DNA of 63,994 nt, filler included, from Asterionella formosa (taxonomy: Eukaryota), in NCBI GenBank assembly GCA_002256025.1. It is 16 parts of 16 records of this genome, joined end to end, with 100 filler letters (N's around TTAATTAATTAA, not from the genome) between each part and the next. Parts side by side here need not be neighbours in the genome. Positions count along the whole stretch, not along the records: positions 48,176 to 52,078 come from NKIB01013839.1; positions 52,179 to 56,084 come from NKIB01013840.1; positions 56,185 to 60,087 come from NKIB01013841.1; positions 60,188 to 63,994 come from NKIB01013896.1; 12 more parts are not named here. One strand, written 5' to 3'. A program made the translations under genes and the position numbers. How positions within the stretch are numbered: the first letter of the stretch is position 1; each line of letters starts with the position of its first letter. The notes under the pieces are model-generated. The model did no database searches. It was not told the DNA's origin and saw nothing but the letters and a program-made list of their open reading frames with translations. Of the stretch, positions 51,255 to 61,491 are shown in pieces.

Positions 51255-51500
51255 TTGGTTACTCCAAACATCAAGTTCAATTTTCATTGATTTTGTATGT
51301 TAGTACAATCATTCTCATGTGTTTTACGGTTTTTTTACCGTTATTCTGGCTGTCAGCTAAAATCGGCAATTTTATTCCCGAAAAAGTCGATGTGCCCCAT
51401 ATTGCCCCTAAATAAAAATTACTTAAAGCCTAAATATTATTTAGGAGTACCCGTTTTGGCAAGACGATATAACTGGAGCGGGAATCGCTCATCAAACTAT
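51255..51500 (+). repeat. Dispersed repeat, contiguous copy (possible Helitron-like 3' end)
   Basis: 51255-51325 matches 21234-21300 (minus). 51338-51500 matches 23161-23299. Confidence 0.75.
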
Positions 51501-51699
51501 ATGTAGTCTCAAAATTGGTGACACCAGTCTTGTTCTCGCTCCTGGGTAAATACGCAGTTCTTTTTCTTCTTCCTTGATTCAACTGTTACCCATTCGTCAT
51601 CGCGCCTTAATAATTTTGTCTTACCAAGACGACTTGAATTGCCATCTGATAGTTCCGACAGTCACGAGAGAGAGAATTTGGATGTGTACCTGACTCGAC

Positions 51700-52078
51700 T
51701 AACTTTACCAGGGGTGTTTCCGAGGAGTATAAAATGGGGACATTTGGAGTATCGGTGTTATTGTGTACTATCTGCTTTCCGGTACCTGGTAGCAAACCAT
51801 TTGGTGGAAAGGACATGAAAGATGACATCATGAGTGGAAACTATAACTTTGAGAGTGACGAATGGAGTGCAAAGGCGAGAACGTTTATCCAGCATCTTTT
51901 GATTGTCGACTCTAGCAGCTGACCAGAGGCGAAGAAGGCGATTCAGCACCGATGGTTGCGTAAGCAGACTTGGGATGGAACCCGTGTTGATACCGATCAA
52001 TCGCAAGGCAACGGCGCCCAAGGAGAGAAGATAATCCGTGAAGCCGAATTTAAGCGCGTGACCTTAAATGCTTTGGCT
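51700..52078 (+). pseudogene. Ser/Thr protein kinase (CAMK/CDPK-like) fragment
   Basis: DIWSIGVIVYYLLSG/SKPF, GNYNFESDEW and FIQHLLIVD...*PEAKKAIQHRWL. A 7-nt insertion at 51784-51790, and TGA in place of the subdomain XI Arg. Confidence 0.85.
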
Positions 52079-52283
52079 NNNNNNNNNNNNNNNNNNNNNN
52101 NNNNNNNNNNNNNNNNNNNNNNTTAATTAATTAANNNNNNNNNNNNNNNNNNNNNNNNNNNNNNNNNNNNNNNNNNNNTACATAAGGATTAATAAATAAG
52201 CTCATATATTCAACAAATACTACTACTTCTAGTTAGATACATCACTTTGAATTCAAAAAGAGTCGAATTAGAACAAAACGAAC

Positions 52284-54337
52284 ATGGCAATGTATTCAAC
52301 GGTTCCTTTCATTCCTTTGATCAAAGACTACAATGTATTGACTATCAAGACTAAAACATTCAGAGTTGCTTTACCCGGTGGAAGGTTTGAATCGTTTGAT
52401 CAAGATATGATCGATGGAAGCTCGGTGGAAGCATTGTTAATTGGAGTGAGTCAATTTCGTGACATGGCTAACACATGTGCCTTTAGCGCTGCAGATACCT
52501 TTTCCTACTTTAAAAGGTGTTTGACTGACATTGCCTTATCGGATTGGTTGAATGTGGAAGTACATCTGGAAGATCAATCTGACGATAATTTCGATGAAGC
52601 GATGGTTTTATGGTTAGACGATTGTTTACCAAACGAGAGTTGAGTTTTCAACGTCAACGACAATGGATGCTACGTTATTTATCTAAACCCTTTTCTATGT
52701 TGGTAATGGATTTCGGAGCTCTTATTAAAACTCTAAACAGGCTACTTCAACTAATGCCTCATCCAGAAGATCAAAACGGATTGTCAAAAGAAGATATGCG
52801 GATCATCATCATCCGTTCTATGCCCGATGAGTGGCAACAAGAGTTTGAATTGAATCATGCAAAGACTTCAGACCAATCGATTCGCTCGGTTCTCGCTTAC
52901 TTCGAGAGTCAACAATCGTTTAAGGACCGAAACAAGCATCTTCCCAAGAACAGTTTTCAAACATTCACACAAAATCGTCTTCGTATTGCTGAAGGCAATC
53001 GTGTGATGCATCAAGAAAACGAGCGTGTCGGACGTCAATTCTATAAGGATAATTTTACTCCAAGTGGTCGTGGAAGAGCGCGTGCTATTGTCAATGCAGC
53101 CGGACGCGCATGGGATCGTCAGGCGACTGTTCGTCATCAAGCTCTACAAGCCAGTCGTACGTACCATGATTATCGTGGTCCTTGCCCGGTACATCCTGAA
53201 GGTTTACATACTTGGGGCAATTGTTTCCAAAATCCTCGTACTCAAGGTGGTCGACCAGGTCGTATGGCTGGTCGTCATAATGGATATGGCCGTTCCAGTT
53301 TCGGTAGACGAGGACATTTTGGTGGTCGTGGAGGCGGTGTACACAGCAATCCTAGGGAAAGCTATCTTACTGACACTGCTAACCCTGTGCCTGTTCCACA
53401 TGCTCGTATGTTAAATGCATGGGGTCATAATACTCATCCATCCGGTTAGGGTACCGTGCCACGTGCCGATCCTACCGAGAATACATCTGCCCAGGAAATT
53501 TCAGTGGTCACGAACCCTCCTGCTGGTCAGATAGTGACTTTTGTCCCTACTACACAACAGCAGATTGCTGATCGCCATCACCAAGGTATGTGCAATAATA
53601 GCGATGCTATATATAATGGCTCGTTGAGTATATCTCACGTTAGTCATCACCTGAATAATATTGTTTACTTACAGGTTGAATACACTATGGATACCGCTGT
53701 TAATGTAACGCGGGATATATATAACTGTATTGATGGACATGATGTTCCACATACATATCAGGGACCAATTCCGGTTTCCTGTTTTACTTCTAAGGATATA
53801 TTAACATCAATTGATTTGATTCCGATGTCCCTTTTAGCGCCAAAATTGGTGGATAATAAACTGATACATAAAATACTACGAGTATTATTCAATAGTGGAG
53901 GATCATTATCCATAATACATGAACGGGTTATGCCTCAAGGTATTTCTTTGTCTGACGAGACTTCCAAATTAATACATAGTACCATAGCTGGTACTTATTC
54001 ATCTCATGCCAGTGTCATGCTATATGACCTGATTTTACCAGAATTTAATCGATCCGCTCATATTTTACAACAAAAGTGTCAAGTCTTTAATGGTCTATGC
54101 ACATTTGATATTATTTTAGGACGTGATTTCCTCCGTCAAGTTGGTTTAACCATTGATTTCGTAAATAACACCATGTCCTGTATGGATATGATCGTTCCTA
54201 TGCATCCTCTTACATTCTTTGATGATAGAGAACAATTACGAGATGTATTATTATATTTTGATGCACCTATGATTGTGGAACCTTCATATGCGCTGGAAAT
54301 TAAAGCTGCTGAATATAATTACGTAAATATTGCATCT
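52284..54337 (+). mobile_element. Ty3/Gypsy gag-protease remnant
   Basis: Gag-like RSMPDEWQ and knuckle CPVHPEGLHTWGNC; protease LRVLFNSGG (catalytic D replaced by N) and DIILGRDFL. Frameshift at ~52640, stop at 53447-53449. Truncated before RT. Confidence 0.8.
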
Positions 54338-54595
54338 AAGCCGCGAAATATGCCACTTTTCGAAATTTCGTCTACGGATGAGTGTTAATTATGTGGTACT
54401 TCACATGCATTAATGCCACTCTTCACGTAAAAAAGATTACTTTTAACGGTTTCATGTGAAGTTTTAACTTTTTAATGTGAAGTTTTCACAATGAATTTTG
54501 AACGCGAGACTGAATTAGTTGATGTTTCAAATAATTCATTTGAAAGTTCAAATAAGATCCTGCTCTTGAGGCTAATATATTCACAACACGCATTT
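54338..54595 (+). mobile_element. Transposon terminus interrupting the Gypsy pol
   Basis: AAGCCGCGAAATATGCCACTTTT... is colinear for ~250 bp with 58414-58170 (minus). Similarity begins abruptly at the same base in both copies. Confidence 0.75.
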
Positions 54596-54668
54596 TACTT
54601 AATGAAATAGTAAGGATATTTGTGGTGTCTAATGTCATCCATCTGAGATCAAAGTTTTACGGTTTGAG

Positions 54669-56084
54669 ATGGAAGACCAAAAACCATGTGTTAAGGCAGT
54701 CACCCTCCACTGTGGTAGAAGTGTCGACGTTGTTTGCTTTGATTTTCTTGTTGCAATCAAGAGCTTACTTTCCAATCCCAGATTGATGCATCCCAATAAT
54801 GTGTCATTTGATTTTTCTGATCCCTACAAGGCTCCACAACCGTCTGATGTCCGTTCAGAATTACACACCGGGAGTTGGTGGATTGACGCTCACAACTGCC
54901 TGTGCATTCAACCTAATGATTTTCTCGTCCCTCTCATGTTTTTCATTGATAGAACACATACTGTAGAAAATTCTAAATTCACCATGGAGCCAGTTTTGTT
55001 TTCTCTTGGGATTTTCCGTACAACTGTAAGGAACAAAGTCATTGCTTGGCGCCCCCTTGGTCTAATACCAAAACGTGATGGTCAGAGTCTTGCATTGAAC
55101 AAAAATATGACTGCCGACGATAAGTGCAAGGATTATCACACAATTTTGGCAATTATATTGTCGGGAGTTCAAGAGACTCAGAAATCTGGTGGCTTCAAGT
55201 ATAATTTCAATTTCCATGGCAAACAGAATAGCCTGGTTGTAAAGGTACCGGTCGGGTTGGTGCTTGGCGATGCGGAAGGATTGGACAATCAGTGTGGGAG
55301 GATTAAATATTACCTGAAAACTTTTCGTCTCTGTTGGGAATGTGATTGTTCATACAACAAATTAGATAAACCATCAATCAAATGCTCTCCAGTAGGGCAA
55401 GTGGGTTATGCTGCCCTATTAGGAATGAATGACAAAACACTAATGGATGCCGTGTCACAACGTTTTATTACACCTTGCTGGTATGCGCTGGATTTTGGTG
55501 GAGATCCATTGGGAATCAATGGCCATTGCCCTCCTGAAAAGTTGCACTCAATACATGAGGGAATGATGCGTTATCTCATTCTTCTGTTCTCGGTAAAGTT
55601 CGGCACTGTTACCTCTGCTCAGGGGTTGAAAAATAGAACCGCTTTTGATACATTATTCATAAAAGTGTCAAAGATGATGCAACATCAAAGCGATCGGGAT
55701 ATGCCAAGGTGCAATTTTCATGGTGGATTCCATGGATGTTTTCCAAAGATAACAGGAAATGAAACCGTTGGAGTAATGCTTGTTGCTTGTTTGGTAATGG
55801 CTACAGACGCCGGAATCAAGCTTTGCAAGGATAAGGTTGGAATGTCAATGCAGGAAATAAAAGACATCCAAATAATTTTCGAGGGCATGGTTTGTTATAA
55901 TTCCTGGTTCAGCCAAGAAAGTTATGACGTACATCGATTGATGGAAATTGATTGTCAATCCATTGTCAAGTACTACACAAAATTAGTCAAGATTTTCCCA
56001 AGAGAAACGACAGAGCAAGGCTGGAAAATGACAAAGTTTCATCAGCAGATGCATACTGTCCGAAATATCGAACGGTTTGGCAGT
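54669..56084 (+). mobile_element. Plavaka-like transposase ORF, uninterrupted to the contig end
   Basis: ELHTGSWW, VPLMFFIDRTH, EPVLFSLGIF, WRPLGLIP, YHTILAIIL, VLGDAEG, CWECDC, PEKLHSIHEG, QSDRDMPR and KFHQQMH...IERFGS, as I recall for Plavaka transposases. Confidence 0.8.
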
Positions 56085-56184
56085 NNNNNNNNNNNNNNNN
56101 NNNNNNNNNNNNNNNNNNNNNNNNNNNNTTAATTAATTAANNNNNNNNNNNNNNNNNNNNNNNNNNNNNNNNNNNNNNNNNNNN

Positions 56185-56375
56185 ATGTACGGCGCCTTTG
56201 GTTTGGCACCACCAAAGGCGTCATGAACAGTATACTGTTTCTGCCTTTTATTAAAATAACTGGTAGGAAAGGTTCCAAAATCAGCTATCACTCGCTTTGT
56301 TTGAGCCAAATTCGGCACTCTCCTTGCAACTGCCGCATCTCGCACTGGTTTTGTAGTCACAGGTTTTGGAGGCAT
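56185..56375 (-). CDS. Hypothetical protein, 5' fragment (MPPKPVTTK...)
   Basis: ATG at 56375, open to the contig end. Confidence 0.35.
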
Positions 56376-57129
56376 GATTGTATAACAGGTGTGGTGAGAA
56401 ATGACAAGAAGCATATGATGAAGTGTCGTAAAAAATAAGGAAAATGAGAGATCGTAAATGCTCTTACAAGTACCGTTGCGATGGACAAATAACATACCGG
56501 AAGCTGTTTTACACACTTATGGATATAAAGAAAGTGTGCGTATATACTTATATATAAACGTACACAACTGGAAAAAGATCGTACTTTCTTTCAACCAATT
56601 TCCTAAAGGTTGTTCAACTAATTTAAAAATTCTATCAAATAATGTGGTAGTTTACTTATTCAACTATTCACAACAACAACAGTATGAGATATCGCTCACT
56701 TAGTGATATGATAACAAAAATAGCAAGCAAATTAATCTTGCCTTAAAAGTTATACAGTGCGGATCTCAATGATGCATCATTTCATCATCAGTTGATGCAA
56801 CAAACAGTATGTGAGTTGATGAATGATTTGTCAAAAGTGGGGGTTGTAAGGATTGTTCCCATGTTCGAAAGATATTGTTCACTGTGGGTGCTGAATGTGT
56901 TTCTTATAAACTCAGATGGTCAAAAATCCTGGTGCAGCCATGATTTCCTCTTTGTACCACAACAACGTACAATCTACACGAAACAATCTGGCGCAGTCTA
57001 GCTAATAGTTACGTCCGGACCAATTTCTGAGGCTACAACTGTGACTCTGAACAAATATGACAAAAAGGAGAGGATAGCCAATGGTTACTTCTAATAGCTC
57101 ATGCACTGGATGGCCTACTAGACTTCTAC

Positions 57130-57860
57130 AAGGAGACACTTGGAATAAGATGGTTTACTGCTGAGGGATCGTGACAATTGAATGGTATAGGAAAACTAAA
57201 AAATAATAGAATGTTAACATTGATAATGCACATCGCTTTCAGCCCAGCACCAATGCAAATGATGGTTGCGTCAGCTTTGGTGCATCAGGAAGGCGAAATT
57301 TTCTCTCTTTGTATCTTCGTCATTGCCTGGGCGATTCATACATTCTTGAAATATGTTATCTACATCGACAGGAGACAGGATCATGACCAATAAATGATAT
57401 ATGCAATTTGTTTTGAAATTTTGTAAGTTTTACATTGAGAATGCGCATTTCTTCAAGCCTAAGCGGCGCTGTAGTCACTTGCATCGATTTGGTGCTTTCC
57501 AGGATGGCGAAATCTCCTTTCTATGTATCTTTGTCGATGTTATAAATGACGACAGGTGACACTTGTAACTGGTTGGTTTATTGATGAGGGATCATGACAA
57601 ATGAATGATATATGCAAAAATTAAATATTTGACTTTTACATTAAAAATGCGCATTTCTTCAAGCCTAGCGGCACTGTAGGCGGTTGCGTCAATTTGGAAC
57701 ATCAGGATGGCGAAATCTTTTTTCCATGTGCGTATCTTCATCATTGCCTGGGCGATTCATTCACTCTTGGCATATGTTATAAACGACTACAGGAGACAAT
57801 CGGAACATGTTGGTTTATTGATTTTTATAGAATTTCGCATTGACAGAGAACATTTTTATA
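57130..57860. repeat. Diverged ~210-bp tandem array (~3.5 units)
   Basis: ATGCGCATTTCTTCAAGCCTA, CAGGA(T/A)GGCGAAAT, TCATTGCCTGGGCGATTCAT and GGATC(A/G)TGAC recur at ~205-215-bp spacing. Confidence 0.85.
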
Positions 57861-58169
57861 TGCCAATAGGGTGGCTTATTGGTGCACTGCTGACATCGTC
57901 CATATTTGTACTGCTGTTTATAACATGAATTGTTTTCGCAATGAATTATCCTTGAATATAAAACGTATCATGAACTTTGACTGGAATTAGTTATAATGTC
58001 AAATATTTCCGTCTTGAATTCATTGCATGATTGTGAAACATGAAATGAAAACCAGGAGAGTAATCTTGATGACTAGAATAGTGCATTTTATTGACGTGAT
58101 GGGCTTAATGGTAAATTGATGATTGTCCATGCATGAAATTAATCACCACAAATATCGTTGCTATTTTTG

Positions 58170-58414
58170 TATATGAAAGTGTGTGTCGGAATTATCCATC
58201 AGAGCAGGATTTTAGTTGAACTTTGAAATGAATTTTTTGAAACATCAACTAATTCAGTCTCAAGCTCAATGTTTACTGTCGAAACATCACATGAAACCAT
58301 TTAAAGTAACATCATTTATGGGAAGGGGCAGAGTGGCATTAATTCATGTGAAGTACCACATAATCAACACTCTTACATAGATAAAATTTCAAAAAGTGGC
58401 GTATTTTGCGGCTT
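58170..58414 (-). mobile_element. Second copy of the AAGCCGC transposon terminus
   Basis: Reverse complement matches 54338-54595. Confidence 0.75.
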
Positions 58415-59259
58415 TTACTATGTGTGTGACAAGTATATATTCCCTGTCAAAGTGGCAAAGCGTAGATTGACAGCTAAGCAATAGCAGTATTTAATCAGAA
58501 ACCCCGCCTCCTACTACTAGTAAGCAAAGGTTCTGAATGAGGAACATTGCATCAAACACCATGGCTGGTTAATTGTGTCAAGAAACGATATGATTATTGA
58601 TATGAATGTGGTTTGAACATACTAGGAGACTAAAAACATCCAAATATATACAGTTTTTTAATTGCCCCTAAAGGTATTATTTGGCGTGTCAATGATAATT
58701 TACTTAAATTTCCAACTTTGTCAAAATGAGAAATTGTGGTAAGGATGTTGTATTGAGACTGAGAACCTAAAATGGCTGATTACAATCTCTAGAGATGACC
58801 ATGTAAACAGATTTGACATTACTAACAAAGGTTTTGCTAGCTCTTGTAATGTAGGCGGTGCTTTGTCTAATTCTGTGCTAACATGTGCAAATTTCCTTGA
58901 GAAACTATTAATTTAGCCTTCCGGTGGTATGCTAAATTGGTAACCTGAATTCCACAAAAGTATTGCCCTGAAATCTGAATCCATGTGATTCCAGGGATGG
59001 TAGTGACCAATGTACTGATGTATAATTGGGCGGTCAACAGGCTGTGCTAATTGATGGAATCAAGAATCGGGAATGGTCCTATTCTTGTACTTAGTGAAAA
59101 AATAATGGGGAACAATGAAAGTACCGGTATGATGAATGGTACCAGGAACCCGGCTATATTGATCGCTCCTCAAAATCATCCTGTTCTTTTCCAGGTTCTT
59201 CGTGGTCTGCTGCCTTCCTCGCAGCTCCGCCCGTTTCATGATTCCCCTCAGTCATCCGA

Positions 59260-59460
59260 CCTGGTACTGGTACCAGGTACAGGTAAGAAGCTGAGGACCC
59301 CAGCAAATTTAGATCTGATATTTGTATAAGCATTTAATTAAATTGTTATGTGGGAAAGTCATACAGTAATGGTACCAGGTACCTGGTACCTGGTACCTGG
59401 AACCAGTATCTAGTCTAGTCATGATTGTTGGTACCATATACCGGTTACTCCGTATATCCT
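59260..59460. repeat. GGTACC(T/A) heptamer array upstream of ORF 59636
   Basis: GGTACCAGGTACCTGGTACCTGGTACCTGG at 59371-59400 and CTGGTACTGGTACCAGGTAC at 59261-59280. Confidence 0.9.
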
Positions 59461-59635
59461 ACCAAGATTCCTGTAAGTGCTTAATTCCCGTGAGTACTGG
59501 TCCCTCTACAGCTAGTTAAATACTACTTTAGAATCTCAGTTCCTTGTTAATGTAGCTGCCGCTGGCATCCGTTGCAAGCGTTTCTCCCTCTCAACACACA
59601 CAGGTTACTGATCCCTTACCAGACTTCCCTCCATC

Positions 59636-60087
59636 ATGCGATCTCCATCGCCTCATGATGCCAATGACACTGATGCAGCTGCATTCAGTGGCGAATTGGC
59701 TGCATGGCAACAACACAATGCTGGTGCATTATTTCCCCATCCCCATGGTGAACTTTTGGTGGCACCGCTTAACCCTAACCCTAACCCTAACCCTAACCCT
59801 AACCAGAACCCTAACCAGAACCCTAACCCTACCTGCCATCACCAGTTCTCCACTAATGCTCAACTTCCGCATTTTGTCCCGCCCTCATCATCCGAGTTCG
59901 CTATGGACCCCCGCACGTCTGCGCCTCCTCTTCGCTATTCAGCCCCGTATTCTATGAGTCCCTACCCACCACCCCATATTTCACCCCGGGCTCTGCCTTC
60001 GGCTTCCCCGGCATCCTATCTACACCTTTCTGACCATGCCTCTGCCTGGTCTGCCCTTTCCGGCCCTTCCTCCCACTCCCACAGCTC
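59636..60087 (+). CDS. Pro/Ser-rich hypothetical protein, 5' part
   Basis: ATG-initiated, GC-rich and open to the contig end. Contains an (NP)n tract. Confidence 0.55.
59771..59830. repeat. Interstitial telomere-like (AACCCT)n tract
   Basis: Ten hexamers: eight AACCCT and two AACCAG. Confidence 0.9.
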
Positions 60088-60187
60088 NNNNNNNNNNNNN
60101 NNNNNNNNNNNNNNNNNNNNNNNNNNNNNNNTTAATTAATTAANNNNNNNNNNNNNNNNNNNNNNNNNNNNNNNNNNNNNNNNNNNN

Positions 60188-60911
60188 TCTTACTGCAATG
60201 CAAATGCATTCCTCAGCTGCTAATGTTCAAGAACAGGGTTGTAGAGCACTTTCAAATTTGGCTGCTAATGCCAGGACACGGGAGATTATTTCTGAATTAG
60301 GAGGTATTTCTATGATTCTTTCTGCAATGCAACTGCATGCATCAAATGCTAAAATTCAAGCAAAGGCTTGTGCTGCACTTCAGAATTTGGCTTTGTGCAA
60401 TGACAATAACCAGGTAGATATTGCTGAAGCAGGTGGTATTGATATAATTCTTTCTGCCATGAAAGTGCATCCGTCAAATGCTACCATTCAAGAACAGGGT
60501 TGTGGAGCACTTCAGAACTTGGCAGCTAATGACAACAACCGGGTGGCTATTGCTGAATCAGGAGGTATTGTTGCGATTCTTTCTTCTATGCAGGTGCATT
60601 CATCAAGTGCTAGTGTTCAGGCAATGGGTTTTGCCGCACTTCAGAATTTGACTGTGAGTAAGGATAAAAACAAATTTTTGATTGCTGAAGGAGTTGGTAT
60701 TGCTGCCATTCCTGCTGCAATGCAAGTGAAATCATTCATCACCAAGGTTAAACAACAAGGTGGTGCAACACTCTACAGCTTGGCAGTTGAAGAGGAAATT
60801 AAGCATACAGTTGTTTCAGCAGAGGGTGTTGATGCTGTTCGAATTCAAAACCATCTATCTGATGATAACTGTTCAAGTGTTTCGCCAGGAAGCGCTTCTT
60901 CTCTTGGGTGA
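60188..60911 (+). CDS. Armadillo-repeat protein (5' truncated)
   Basis: ~42-aa repeats AM..H...A.VQEQGC.AL.NLA.N..N...IAE.GGI..IL. Confidence 0.92.
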
Positions 60912-61491
60912 GCCCCGATGACCACCTTTTTTAAAGCCTAGCAAGATTCTTCATGTTGAACTTGATTACAAGGCCAAAATACAAGCATGGAATGTTCAGT
61001 CTTGGTCATATGGTATATGATGCTAAATATGAGTCATAGCAAGCAATAATGTAGCTACTATTTGAATTGCAAAGGATGGAAGTTGCTCGTGGCATGTTGA
61101 TGATAATTGTCTGGGAGTGAGTGGCAGGAATTGATAAAAAAAATTATGAAAGTAAAGAATCACTTTGAAGATACTACATTTTTGGTTTCTCATTTTATGC
61201 GATAATAGACAAAACGATTGGGATAAAACAAAACCATAAATATTTCCCCTCTGCCTGTGTAATACTACATTTCGGTGTATTTTTTCATTATTTTGATGTA
61301 GTGCGTAGTCAACCAGGCATTATAAATACCATGAACGAAGACTCCAGTCTACCAGTATCATTTACCATGAATATCATACTCTTTCTAGTATTCATAGAAT
61401 ATGAAGCAAAACATTGATAGTTATGGAAAGCGAAATGAAGTTTTAATGCTCGCACTGACATGGAATATCACAAGAGAGAAATAGTCACATC

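Noticed and set aside
59771..59830. True chromosome end
   Set aside because: The tract is short, internal and flanked by unique coding-like sequence.
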